From: Botryllus schlosseri
Taxonomy: Eukaryota
NCBI GenBank assembly: GCA_051294905.1
Contig: CM119372.1
Location: 6,016,001-6,080,000 of the forward strand
Direction: 5' to 3'
DNA length: 64,000 bases
Positions 51,708-64,000 of the stretch are shown piece by piece. Positions within the stretch are counted from its first letter, which is position 1, and the number at the start of each line of letters is the position of its first letter. Position numbers and translations under genes: made by a program. The notes below the pieces were generated by a model. That model was not told where the DNA came from. It did no database searches and saw only the letters and a list, made by a program, of their open reading frames with translations.

Positions 51708-54700
51708 TCATAACCAACGTCCGATGTCCAATAGCGCATTGAGGTCGCTAACGGCATCTTCTGCGTCGGTGTCTGCTACTTGATCTGACATTTTGCGAAT
51801 TAATTTTTCGACATAGTCATCGTACGATTCAGAGTCCTGCAATGAAAATTAATGTAAGTAAAACACTTTTGGGGCCACTATCTTTTAGATCTCTAATTCT
51901 CTATTAAGAAATCTCTATACACGATTCGATCCCTAGAAGACGCATTTATACTGTCCACTGAACACGCGATTTCACATGAACAATGAACATGACATAGAAT
52001 AGGCAGGGCGCAAAAGGCCTCAGCTACCGATAAGCACCCCGTCCCCCCATAAACATACATGCGTGCACTTTTTGGCCTTAAAACTGATGTAAACAAGACT
52101 TTAAATTAAATAGGGCAGAAATTCACGACAGGATTTCGCGACGAAAATTGTATCAGAACGGAACACAGGAGTGGAAGACGAGCTTCTGGTCCAAATATTC
52201 GTTCGGTATATCAGTATACAAGATGCTCTTAAATCTCATGAACTATACTTTGTAATATCGTAACCCAACGATAAAAAATCACTATATATTTCAGTGCGCT
52301 TTGCAGTGATTACCTTTTCCCTCAACTCTTTCAGCGCGTCGAAGAACTCTTGGTCTCCAAACATCGTTGCTGCTTTTACCAATGCTCTACACATAGTATA
52401 AAAGCCAGCATAAAAGTAAGACAATAATATAAACTGTAAGGATTTCAAACTGTGGGTGGGGTGCTTATCCAGTAGTAAGCGATCGACGCAATCGCTGATC
52501 AATCAATTGTATACGTAATTTGTGAATGGATTTAGAAACAAGCAGTGGCGGCTCGTGACAATATCGGGTGGTGGGGCAAGGGCTGCGAGCGACTTTTATC
52601 AACATGACGTCACAATGGCGTTTTCCAACGTAAAAAAGTAACTTTATGATGGTCACATGAATTTCCCGACAACAGTGATTTTAACGTAGGTGCCGCGAGA
52701 GGTTTGCCGGTGAGCCGTGACTTGAAGTGTGGTAACAAATGTTTTATTCATTTATTTTTAATCCAAGGATTATTTTACAAAATGTACGTGAACTAACAAT
52801 CGTCCCTATGCCACGAATCAAGTATCAGGTCATCCTTAGTAGCATGCGTTTTGATTTCATGGTAGAGTTATAGATTACGCAAATCGATAGACCCTAAAAT
52901 CCGACCGTCACCCCAAATTCGAAATCCGGATCCAGTCCGGCCAGGTAAAAAAACATTGAAATCCTGCTCCGGCTCCTGAACCGGACTGTGGCCATCTCTG
53001 GTTACGACCAGGTGATAATAGGCAACCAAAGCGGAGGCACCCGGCGTACGATTGGATCAATAGACTGGACAACTTCTAGACCTCTCATTTTTGCTCTAAA
53101 GGCAACTGCGTAAACTACGTACGGAATAAAGATTCGATACGATTCATGTTCGCACTTGACTTGACCTGACTAATTCCAATGACTAGAACTCGAGAGATTG
53201 CGTAAGCCTAACTGGAAAGGTCAACGAGTTCGGACACATACGCAATTGTTATCTCATAGATTGGGCCTGTCATATTGAATCCAGAACATCAATTTGAATG
53301 GTCTTTGAAGAACTAAGGACAGCAGCCTCGGAACTTCGGTCTCGGAACAACGTAGGACATTTTGGCCTTGAAACTGGAGACTGTGACACAACACATACGG
53401 CTTACTGTCTATAAGTCTGCTGCGAAATCGCCGTTGGAAAATATATTAATCAATAAATACATGAATAAAAGCCGTAACTTAGTATACTGTTACAAGAAAT
53501 CATCGAGAAGTAGCATACGCAATCTCATAACCCATTCCGGTATGGTACACTGTCAAAATCAATGCAAACAGACGAACACCTAACTTTGAGTAAAATAGAT
53601 CGAGGAATAGGCTGATCGAATGATCAGCTGTTAGCCGACATCGAAAATGAAATAGCTATCGCAATTGACAGGGGATTGTAAGCAAATGGTTTGAAGGCCA
53701 CAATTTCACAGTGAAATGGACATTGGCGAACATAAAATTATGTGAATATTTGAATGCAAACCGAGAATCTTGGTTAGCTGTTTCATGCGATCATCGAGAT
53801 ATACCATTGGAAATATCATCACCGATCTCGTTATGGAACGCAGACTATATAGATTAGCACAGACCGACACCGGCTTTTGCGTGAGATCCACAATGACATA
53901 GGTAGGCTAAGTATCAGATCAGCGCGCATCTCTACCATACTCGACCTCGAAAACCAAATAACTGCCTCAATCATTGAGTGTCAACTTTAAGACTTGGCAC
54001 CGTGTTCGATACTAAAGTCAAGACATACCGTGTGAAAGCTCATGACAGATCTAGGTATGGAACATCGTTAAAATCAATAGAGACAAATAACGGCTTTTGC
54101 GTAAATTTGTTGGCGATAAATGAAGAGTCAGCTCTTACTCGACTTTGGAAACGAAATTACCACCCACATAGTTCAGTGACAAACTTAAAACTTGTTACAG
54201 CGGTCGATACTAACACTTACCGTGCCAAATGTCATGACCGATCTCGGTATAGAACATCGTCAAAATCAATGGAGACCAATACCGGCTTTTGAGTAAAATC
54301 TGTTTGCTGTACTATGTACATGATAGATCAGCACACACTGAACTTCGGAAACGGAATTACTACCATTATCTTTAAGTAACAAGCCTGAAACTTGGAGCAG
54401 TGTTAAATACTACCTTCACGACATATCATACCAAGTTTCAAGAATTATCATGGTGCGAAACACTGTCAAAATCGACCTATTCCAGCAAAGGTCGACTCAA
54501 CGCATATTACGGTAACCGAGTTCAGATATAGATACGATTGTTACATCACACCTTAAGGGCGAGTAGGCATATTTGCCCCGGTTGCTCGGCCATTTTACGA
54601 ATAGGAGAGAGTAAATCACCGTTTCTTTATTGTGCGCGGCTTTGAGAGAATAGATAGTGGAAGCTTGTTATGAGCGCTACCGGGCAAGCCCCGGCTAGGC

Positions 54701-56693
54701 ATTCACAAAGCGAAAACACAGAAGAGAATTCGATTTTCGCAGAGACTTCGCTATGTATGGGCGTTTGCAAGCGAAAGCACAAGAAGAACGCGGGTTTCGC
54801 TGTGATCTCGGTATATATTGATTGCTGTGCGTCTATAAATGGTTAAATTGTTATTGAACAGAATTTTAGGTGGGGCAATGCCCCAGTTGCCCTATAGGAC
54901 GAGCCGCCACTGGAAACAAGCCATGTCATAATTTAGTTGTGGCTTTATCTCGTATAAGCATTAGGAATGAAAAAGTTCTTACGACATCACAAAAGCTGTT
55001 TCCTCTCGACCTTCGAAATATCAGTGTCGGATCGTTCTAACGTCAAAATAAACGTTTGGCCGTTAGACCGTCAGCGTCATTAGTTCGTAACTGTCACTTC
55101 ATCGGACGACTTTCTCGATTGAATGCTATGGCCATGGACATTTGTTTTGTCGTAAAACGAGCGAATGCATGGCTGGGGGCCTACAATAACTTCAGTTTGC
55201 ATTTGCATATATTTAAAATTTTTAATGATCAATTGCATCCATCGCATAAGACGGTATCTATATAATATTTAATTCGTTATCTGTTCATTTTTTGTGATTG
55301 GTTATTAGTAGGGCGATTTTTCTTTTGACATGTCGAAAAAATTCAAAATTAGGTCAAAATTGTAGTGTTAAGTCAAAAAATGTCAAAATTGTTTACAAAG
55401 TTAAAACTTTTTTGCAACCTGCATTTGCTTTGTATCGTAGATTTTGCGATGTCGGTGAACTTATCATTTGACGGCCCATTGTCTGCTCATTGTGAATCGT
55501 AAACATTCAAATGAAACAAATAGGTTGAAATGGTGTTATGCTGAAAGTACCGCAATATCCTAACTGAAGCAAGACTGCGTGGGCATTGTATGGTTCTTAT
55601 ATCAAGAAGCGCATGATGAAAAATTGTGATGTAGACACCATTGCCAGAATGAAGCAACACGGTGTGAATGTCCTTTCTCCATTCTTGGCAAGCTACTTAG
55701 TAAGGACAGACACTTTCTACCCGAGAATATAGGAAAGTATCTTTCGTTGTACTACAACAAATTCTAATTATTTCTACCATAATACGACATGTAGCTACTG
55801 GAATTCTTCATAGGGACAGATATCGTTAAAATAAAGTTTTTTCATGTAAAAATGTGTCAGTTTTTGAGTCAAAAAAGTTTTTTTAGGCCAAACTACTTCG
55901 CAGACAGTTCCAACCAGAAATGAAGAAAAGTAGTACAAATTTAACATTATGTGGGGGAAATACCTAATTTGCATACGATAGGTCAAAATTTGGTCAAAAT
56001 TAAGTTTTCAAGGTAAAAAAATATTAAAATTTTGATTTTTTCTATCAAAAGCTCCCGTAGTTTAGGACAAAAATATCCCCCTAGGCATCAGAACTGAAAA
56101 AGTTCTTATGACATCACAAAATCTGTTTCCTCTTGACCTTCGAAATATCAGTGTCAGATCGTTCTCGATTGGAGGCCATGGACACGTGTTCTTGCGTAAA
56201 ACGCGCGAATGCATGGCCGAGGCCTACAATAACATCAGTTTGCTTATATTCAAATGATCGAGTGCATCCCTCGTATTAGAATGTCTCTACATAATATTTA
56301 ATTCGTTATCTATTCATTTTTATGATTGGTTATCAGTATATTTTCACTGAAGACATTCGTTCTTCAAGAAAAAGACGATTTATATTTGCAATGGGCGGTT
56401 ATTAACTACTTTTATTTTACATATAAGATTAATTCACACCCATAAAAGGTATATAAATGCCGATTGGCGGTCGCGTGGAAATTTCAAGTATATAATTTAA
56501 AAGGGGCTAGAAGCTCTCTGTTCTACCACGTACTCACTCTATGCCAATATACTAAGTTTACTCACGGATGCTTCTGTACGAATTTTCCGGCCCTCTTCAC
56601 CATCTCGCCCAGTGTGCTGAGCAAAAATGCATTGCTACCTTGCGTCAAGAGAGCGACAACCGCTACGATAACAAATGTGACTTTGGAATTCAT
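51708..56693 (-). CDS. Styelin-like antimicrobial peptide precursor, paralog C (~109 aa; 3' end uncertain)
   Basis: Exons 56693-56566, 52386-52314, 51836-51708. Translation: MNSKVTFVIVAVVALLTQGSNA-FLLSTLGEMVKRAGKFVQKHPALVKAATMF-G-DQEFFDALKELREKDSESYDDYVEKLIRKMSDQVADTDAEDAVSDLNALLDIGRWL*. 'AGKFVQKH' and 'AATMF-G-D' resemble recalled styelin 'VGKFYYKH' and 'AATLL-G-D'. No convincing fourth exon was found. Confidence 0.78.
52543..54912 (+). mobile_element. 2.3-kb non-autonomous hAT element, copy 3 (diverged), in intron 1 of paralog C
   Basis: Same TIRs; perfect TSD GAAACAAG; scattered substitutions and a replaced segment at ~52890-53000. Confidence 0.92.
55309..56083 (+). mobile_element. Deleted hAT element (same family as 26456-27576) in intron 1 of paralog C
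   Basis: TAGGGCGATTTTT...AAAATATCCCCCTA; reverse-colinear with 26456-27576 but lacking the LINE insert. Confidence 0.72.
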
Positions 56694-57190
56694 CTGATAA
56701 ATCGAAGGAATTGATTCATGACTTGCGATCATCACGCGAATAATTTTTTCATAGCGCCTAATCTTGGTGATAGCGTTGAGGAATACTGGTACAGGTACAT
56801 TGAAAGGTACACCAAACTTTGCCCGGTAGGTGGCACATCAATACCAACGTCGGGTCCGGCGAAAGTCAAATATATCATGTTCCTTCATGGAAAAGATACG
56901 TTCACGTGAGGAACACTGACCGCGTACCCCGTATGGCAATGGCGCTTACAATAAAAACCAGCTGATTTGAATTCGACTTATATGCGCCGAATGGTCCTTT
57001 GTGAACTCTGGCTTACAATTGACAATCGTTCCTCGAATTTTCTAGAATACAGCTGCGGAAAATCCATTGTGTATTGTATTTGGCAGGGCGATTGTTACTG
57101 TTGTCGGTATTCGTTCATTCGCGCGTTGTAATCATTGTCAAATGCTCCTGATATCGATAATAGGGAATATATCATGCATCCTGTGCCAGA

Positions 57191-58608
57191 CAGACTTGGA
57201 CAACTAGAAAACTTTCAGCCTTTCCAAATCAGATTAGAATTAGAATTAGAGCTACACAATTTTTCATAATTAGATTAGAATTAGAATTAGAGCTACACAA
57301 TTTTTCCAAATTAGATTGTAATTAGAATTAAAACTACACAGCTTTTTCCAAATTAAAATTAGATTATAATTAGAATTATTGAATTCGCAAAAAAATTGGA
57401 AACTGAATGAAATTGTGAATGAGAAAGGAATACGGCAAAAATCAAGTTCAGTTCATATCAAATCACGGTACGTTCCCATAAGCATGAGAATGGTTAACGT
57501 CTGTTCACCAAGCTTGGCTCGTTTTGCACTCACCAGGGGTCACTAAGACGCGGGCCACATGCGGCCGGCGATCTGATTTGTGATTTTGGAAGAATGCGAA
57601 GTAAAGCATTATGAAATGCTGAAATTGATTTCAGTTTCAAATTTTTATTGCTGTTATTTCAAAATATGCTTTTCGCCTGTGCCCAACTAGACTAGCTGAA
57701 ACGACTTCGGAGTTGTACCAACACATGGCTATTATTCGTCACAATTACTTCTATGATTGTAAGTACGGTGTAAGCATAGTGTCCTATATGGTGTCGACAC
57801 AAGCAAATCTCACGCCTCAGTGAAATTGTATCACGTCACAATTTCCATTTGGCTACAGGCAATTTGACGGTCATTTTTGACCGGCTTGCCGGGCTTTAAA
57901 TTTGGTGAAACGGGTATCAATCGAAAGCTTACTCTGCACTGATTACCAAAATATAAATTTTATTCCGCTCGTGGCCCTGGAACTCCCACAATCAGCCTCT
58001 AATTTTTTATTGTTATGGAGATTGGCATTGAGACGCAACAATGCTGAACAATGCTGTCTAGCTCTTTTTCTCTTGAGCTACTCTCTCGTTTCGCCAGACA
58101 GCATTGTTGCGTCCCAATGCCAATCTCCATAACAATGATAAATTTGAGGCTGATTGTGGGAGTTCCAGGGCCACGAGCGGAATAAAATTTATATTTTCGT
58201 AATCAGTGGAGAGTAAGCTTTCGATTGATACCTGTTTTACCAAATTTAATGCTATGCAAGCCGGTCAAAAATGACCGTCAAATTGCCTGTAGCCAAATGG
58301 AAATTGTGACGTGATACAATTTCACTGAGGTGTGAGATTTGCCTGTGTCGACACCATATAGGACACTATGGTGTAAGTATAATGCGATATTGGCTTGGCA
58401 CTGGATTTCCCTGCGCGAGAGGGTATTCTTGTAAACTCGCTGCAAAATGCCGCGGACAACACGGTATTTTCAGAAAAACGATAAATTAGATTATAATTAG
58501 AATTAGAGCATAAAAACATTTCACAAATTAGATTAGAATTAGAATACTGGCATTTCACTCTAATTTAGTGGAATTAGACAACTAGAATTATCTAGTTGTC
58601 CAAGTCTG
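57191..58608. mobile_element. hAT-type element with (AATTAG)n subterminal repeats, hosting the short foldback element
   Basis: TIR CAGACTTGGACAACTAGA; TSD GTGCCAGA/GTGCCAAA. Confidence 0.8.
57775..58370. mobile_element. Short (596-bp) near-palindromic copy of the same P/Galileo-like foldback family
   Basis: Same CATAGTGTCC termini as 16060-18683. The arms abut almost without spacer. 7-bp TSD GTGTAAG on both sides. Confidence 0.85.
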
Positions 58609-61399
58609 GTGCCAAATATATGAGTTGGTATCACCAAGGGTATCACAAAGAGCACTATACATTCATTCGACGAGAGCTATATGAATTACTACAGGGGGGC
58701 TGTCTTCCAAACCGCCCAAGCGAGGGGAAGAGCTCAAATGGGGCCCAGAATTATTTCGTGAATGATAATAAATCACAGAGTATTCTTTCGAAAATTTGTG
58801 TAACTTTCTTCAAAATTTTATTTTGCGGTACACGTGATTTAATGTTGCCATATATCTTGATTACTGGATAGCTTTCCTACAAAAAGAAAATAGGCATGAT
58901 TTATAGAATGGGCATTTCGGAGTCGACCATCACCGCGCCACGACCCACCAAGACATTGACGTTTTAGGCCATGTAACATGTGACTCCGAGAAGTGTGCAC
59001 GGAGGATCGGCAGCGAGAAAACGTTGGCCGAAAAGGACTGCCCTTATGCTGACCGAAACCTTCGATTTATATGTACGTACATAAAGTTTAATTTCCCATG
59101 GGCGCCTAAATGGCCAGCGCCGGATGTCCCTGTCCTAGCAATCTGAACCCCCCAAGACAAATGTCATACCGCAGAGAAACATTATTTGCCAGTGAAGCAA
59201 TACTAATTTGAATTCGTGTGCGTCTTTTAGCTTAGTACGTTTGGGCGATTTCAAAATATTTTGACATAGCAGACAGGAAGTTACGAAATAACATCATGTA
59301 CCGAAAGCATTATACCAACGGGCCCACCCTGACTACGTTGGCAAATAGAGGATAAAAAAAATTTATAGCAATATTATGCAATTCTCGATATTATATATAG
59401 ACCTATTGAAACATGAATTACAAAACAATTTCGCGCTTGGAGCGATTAGTTGATATAAACTTACTCACTAAAGACAATAACAAATGTCGCTCACAAAGTC
59501 GCGGTTAAAACGTATAACGTGATGGTGGGCGAAGTCCCCAGAAGTTTGATTTGTCACCCTATTGGGAGCCCAAGAAAAGAAAAAGAAATTGGGGGGGAGT
59601 GCTGTTTCGGCCCTGCCGTTCATACAATATAGGCTCTTTCAGTATGTCTTCATATGCCATTTCAGGCATGATATTTCGGACTTTTGTTATTTCAACCCAA
59701 GATATTGCCTATGTGATATGGTAACACACACAAATATCAAACATGTCCAGTGTCCATTGCCTTTTCCGTAACCCGTTAATTCAAAGCCACAACCCGAACT
59801 ATATTACTCTAACTAACATAACCCGAACCCTGTAAATCTAATACTCCATTTCTAACAGCAAACCCACCGAAGCCTGTCGAAGCGAAAAAAACTCTGTCCG
59901 TGTTTTACGTGGTCAAGGCTTTGTCACCGACCCGCGTCGACAGATGTTTCAAAATCGACCTGACTACCCATCGCGTCGATGATATATCGCGGAAGGATCA
60001 TTGTTATGTTATGAATGTTCGATAGGACAGGCGTCACATATTGCAAGTTTATCACACGGCGATGAATCGGGTTCACATTCAAAATAGCGGTACTACTAAA
60101 ATATGCTGAAGGTTCGAGTCCAAACCGGTACGACTACAGAATACCTTATACCAACTGTTAGGTTAGCGTACAGTCAACGCCATTCGATCTACATAAGCGG
60201 TATCTTACAAAACCCAAGAAGGTAAATGGGCCGTGTTATATGTAGGCAGCTCGGGAAATCCGAATATGATTGTCAAGCGTGGTGTAAAATGACCACCAAG
60301 CAACACGAGCCCTTAACGTAATCCCGGTCCTAACATGACATTACCCCGAACCCTAACGCCAACCAAGTGGAATCCAAGCTAACCCTCCACTCAATTTGAA
60401 ATTGAATTATATTAAAGAACTGGTGTGGCTAACATCCAGTGTGCAGTTAGGGCCAACAGCAACATAGCTCGTAGGAAATGAGACGGGCCAAATTCAGCAG
60501 CGATCCTGTAATACTGTATGTTGCTACAGGCCTTTCTGAAGTGTCGTGAACTCAGAGATGGACTCTACCTAACCCTACATGTTTGTGACGTTTTCGACAC
60601 GCTTCATTTCATTCAAGAAATTTTATTTCATATGTTTGCGAAGTTTTGATCGAACTCACGATGCGCAATTAATTAAAATTCTGTCGCCATACATAAATAT
60701 ACCTTGTGCACCTAAGTTAATGAGCCCAATCCACCACACATGAACACTCCCGGGTGACGATGTTTTCCATATAATAAATATACCACCGTAGTATTAGGGT
60801 GAGTGTATGGTATAACGGAAGTATAAGGTTACCTACTAACGCTATAATTTTAGGCTGAAGCCCCCATTATCCTTCCCTAAGGTGTGTCATTTTGTGCTTG
60901 AATGGACGTGACTAAAACTTGTCCATCCTCGCGCGCAAGGCACGCGCGGTCGTGCGAATATGTATGTCATGAATATCTCCTTGATCTATCTTTATCCTAG
61001 GGTTTGTTGTTAATCACTGTGACGTCATATGTGCGACACTTTACTCTAAATATAGATCAATTATGCTATAATTATCGGATTCGTAACTAACTTCATTAGA
61101 TTCCAACCACCACTTGTGCAGATTTGCGCAATACGAACCCGGTGTATCTATAGATAAAAGCAGCAAGTATTGAACCCTATTCTGAACACATAGTAATTGT
61201 AATGTCGCAATATTCATATTGATGACAAGTATGGATTTCGTTGTGATGCTCGATAAAATGAATGTGGACTCGGACCGGATATGACTCTCTCTATATATTA
61301 GGGGTTCACACAGAACCTTTCAAAAAGGTTCGCGTTCACACGAACCTGAAGCTTTCAAAGGTTCACACCATCCCCATATCAATGTAGAAATCGGTTGAA

Positions 61400-62114
61400 C
61401 TTTTATTATTTCAAAGTGAATTTCTCTGCAAATATGTGGTCAAGTGTGAAAAATCGATTACTTTTGAACCAGTGCTGAAAATCTTTTTCCACAGAGATAG
61501 GTGGTGGCGAATGTATTATTAACGAGTAACGCTTCCGACGACACCTTTGGGTATGATCGCAATTCGCAACATACATGGCTCCAAAATTGAGAACTGAACA
61601 TGAACATATCACGCCCAGCCTATAGTCATTTCCTTCTACCAGCTCATCTTGAAGCTATTCTGGAAAATCTATTCCTTCGCTAGGTTTCAATCGCTTTATT
61701 TGGTCGGATAAGCAAGGAAAACTTCATGAATTTCTATTTCAAACGACTGTTCACTAATTTGCTGGGACTGACAACATCAAACCCCAAATGTTTCGCGAAC
61801 ATTTTCGAAGTCAGCTTGATTGACCTCACTACTCCAACTTTTTATTTTTATTCACAAATCCCAATCTCTAAACAGCAATATGTTTGTATAAGTATTGGCA
61901 ATTTGGCAATTGAAATGAATTTGCACAGCAGGATATTTCATCCCATACGGTCATTGTGTTGATGTTAGTCCTAAAGTCTTAGCAGTTATGAAGCAAACGG
62001 CCTCGTGATTTTCCTAGTTTTGAACCTTACAAATTAGGTTATCACTCATTTTACAAATTTTGAGGTTTCATGGATCCCCTGAGAATGCTTCGCGAACCCC
62101 GGTTGAGAACCACT
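61400..62114 (-). pseudogene. Decayed Buster/Charlie hAT transposase fragment with one terminus
   Basis: Minus-strand 'QFWSHVCCELRSYPKVSSEALLVNNTFATTYLCGKRFSALVQK*' (~61465-61595) matches the Buster hATC pattern FW..YP...AL...F.TTYLCE.GFS. A CAGTGGTTCTCAACC end lies at 62114. Confidence 0.72.
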
Positions 62115-64000
62115 GCTCTATATCAATAACCGGACGCATAGATTCGAATAGGAAATCTCTGATATATGTATTCAAGCAATATAGCTCGTAATCATCTATA
62201 ACATCATTTATACCTCACGGAACTTTTATGTTTGGCTATCCATAATCGCGAAATTCGCGCGAGGATATAGCATGTCATGGTTTCGCAAACTTATTTTACC
62301 TCGCTAATACCTTTTTCACATTCAGTATCGTTTTCGGCTACACACGAGCGACGTGCTATGATAGGAATACGGTTATCGAATGTAGAATCTGCATTCCAAG
62401 GAGTGTTGTAGCGTGGCTAAGAATTTCCAGAGAATAGCTATATCACGTTGCGGTATGGATATTAATCACCAAACATATGTGTTTAGTGCACGTGGTTTCA
62501 TTACACACGAATCTGTCTATGAATGTGGTGGTGGTTGTTTCAATATCCATGATGCCTCGGCAGCTATGTTCATTTTACACCAAGCCTACACTTTTGCATG
62601 AGATTCAGTTTCATCCCATCAGATACTGTTGCATCAAATTCGAAATATTTGTGATCGTAAACTTTCCATATTATTCTAGTTATGCCGGCTGCTCACGCAC
62701 GATTCGTGATTATTGATTCTGCTTCTTTCGGTTTGTATACACGTGATACAAATATATGATACTTTATCTAATAACTAATAACTAATAATATATGTTTTGT
62801 ATTTTACTTTACGAACTGAACAAAATCGATCAAACAGAATTTACCAACGGTAGCTATAAGAGATCGCTAACATCGTGGTTTCGCGATTGAACGGAGCTGA
62901 ATGAAATAATTATTTGAAAAAATGTGACACACATTGCGAAATGGGTCATTATGGAGGGATGATATACATTCGGGAGAACCGCACTATCTTTGCCGTTCTC
63001 GCATTTTTTCATTATATCAAGAACCAGTGCATAGCTTAGTCAATTTACCAGATCAGTAGGCACATTTCAACGATGATATGACAATCGATCAACTTATCTT
63101 GTTACACCTAAATAAGCGCACGATTGCACCCAATTCAATACAATCAAAAGTATTTAACTGGCAATGACTCGACGATATACCATATTTTTCAACAACTCTA
63201 GAATTGCGAGACGTGAATAGCCTACCACATTTCAATAACACAAACAATGCTATGCGTGTAAAGCTGGCTGCTCTTGCTTCTATTTGTGAATTGAAATTCA
63301 AATAAGTATCGATACTTATCGTAAGACGGTTTTATCGGCCCCCGTGTGTTTAATTTTTATTGACGGTGTTTTCCTTATATATGAAGCAAGCACAAATACA
63401 TGTACCCCCTGAAATTATGTCTCCCGAAACTCGACACCATAATATATTATGTTTACTCAATATAGGTCAAGAGCAGAGGTCTGAAACACGTGGCCCGCGG
63501 GTCGCATGCGGCCCGCGAGAACAGTTTGTGCGGCCCGCGACGGCATTTTGGGTTTTTAAGTATTCGACAATTTATTCAACTGCCACATATCTTTGTTCGA
63601 TTTGAGAACTTGGAGTTCACTCAAAAACTACTCGAAAACCAAAAATCTCATGAAACTTCACTATATAACATCACTCAAAAAAGCTATTATGCGGTGGAAG
63701 ATCGCTGCTATTATGTCACATTTCTAGTTCATGGCGATAAAACACCATCTACTGATGATTCGTGACTGAAAAGTGTGATTTGGACTTCGGCGCAACCGTT
63801 CGTTAAATTATTCGAATTCGGACTGGGTTATAATATAAAAATGACTCACTCGAGTTGACGTAAACGTTAAAATCAGAGAAGTACTTGTGACTCGGAACGC
63901 CGTGACTTGGTACGACCAAACTATCAAACTCATGGGACATAATAGCATAATATATAAAAAGGTCGTTGCTTGCCTTGCGTAGCGTAAATAGCTTTCTAAT

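Overview
Intron-rich animal genomic DNA, inferred to be a tunicate (ascidian) from styelin-like genes. No prokaryotic features. I assembled six spliced genes by hand, with GT-AG boundaries and exon phases checked. Two are conserved genes: a 9-exon TMEM236-like membrane protein with a long Tyr/Pro-motif tail (1530-9454, -) and a 4-exon ETFBKMT/METTL20 methyltransferase (11490-14247, -). The other four form a ~33-kb cluster of small secreted prepropeptide genes (24059-56693) that the ORF track largely misses. Three are paralogous styelin-like antimicrobial peptide precursors: signal peptide, amphipathic helix, long acidic C-terminal piece. The fourth combines a Lys-rich cecropin-like helix with two duplicated Pro/Met-rich exons and an acidic tail. 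All four have a phase-2 first intron inside a Pro codon. The remainder is dense with non-autonomous hAT elements (8-bp TSDs, often nested), two P/Galileo-like foldback elements (7-bp TSDs), tRNA-derived SINEs, and decayed LINE and hAT transposase fragments. Family assignments rest on recalled motifs, not database searches.
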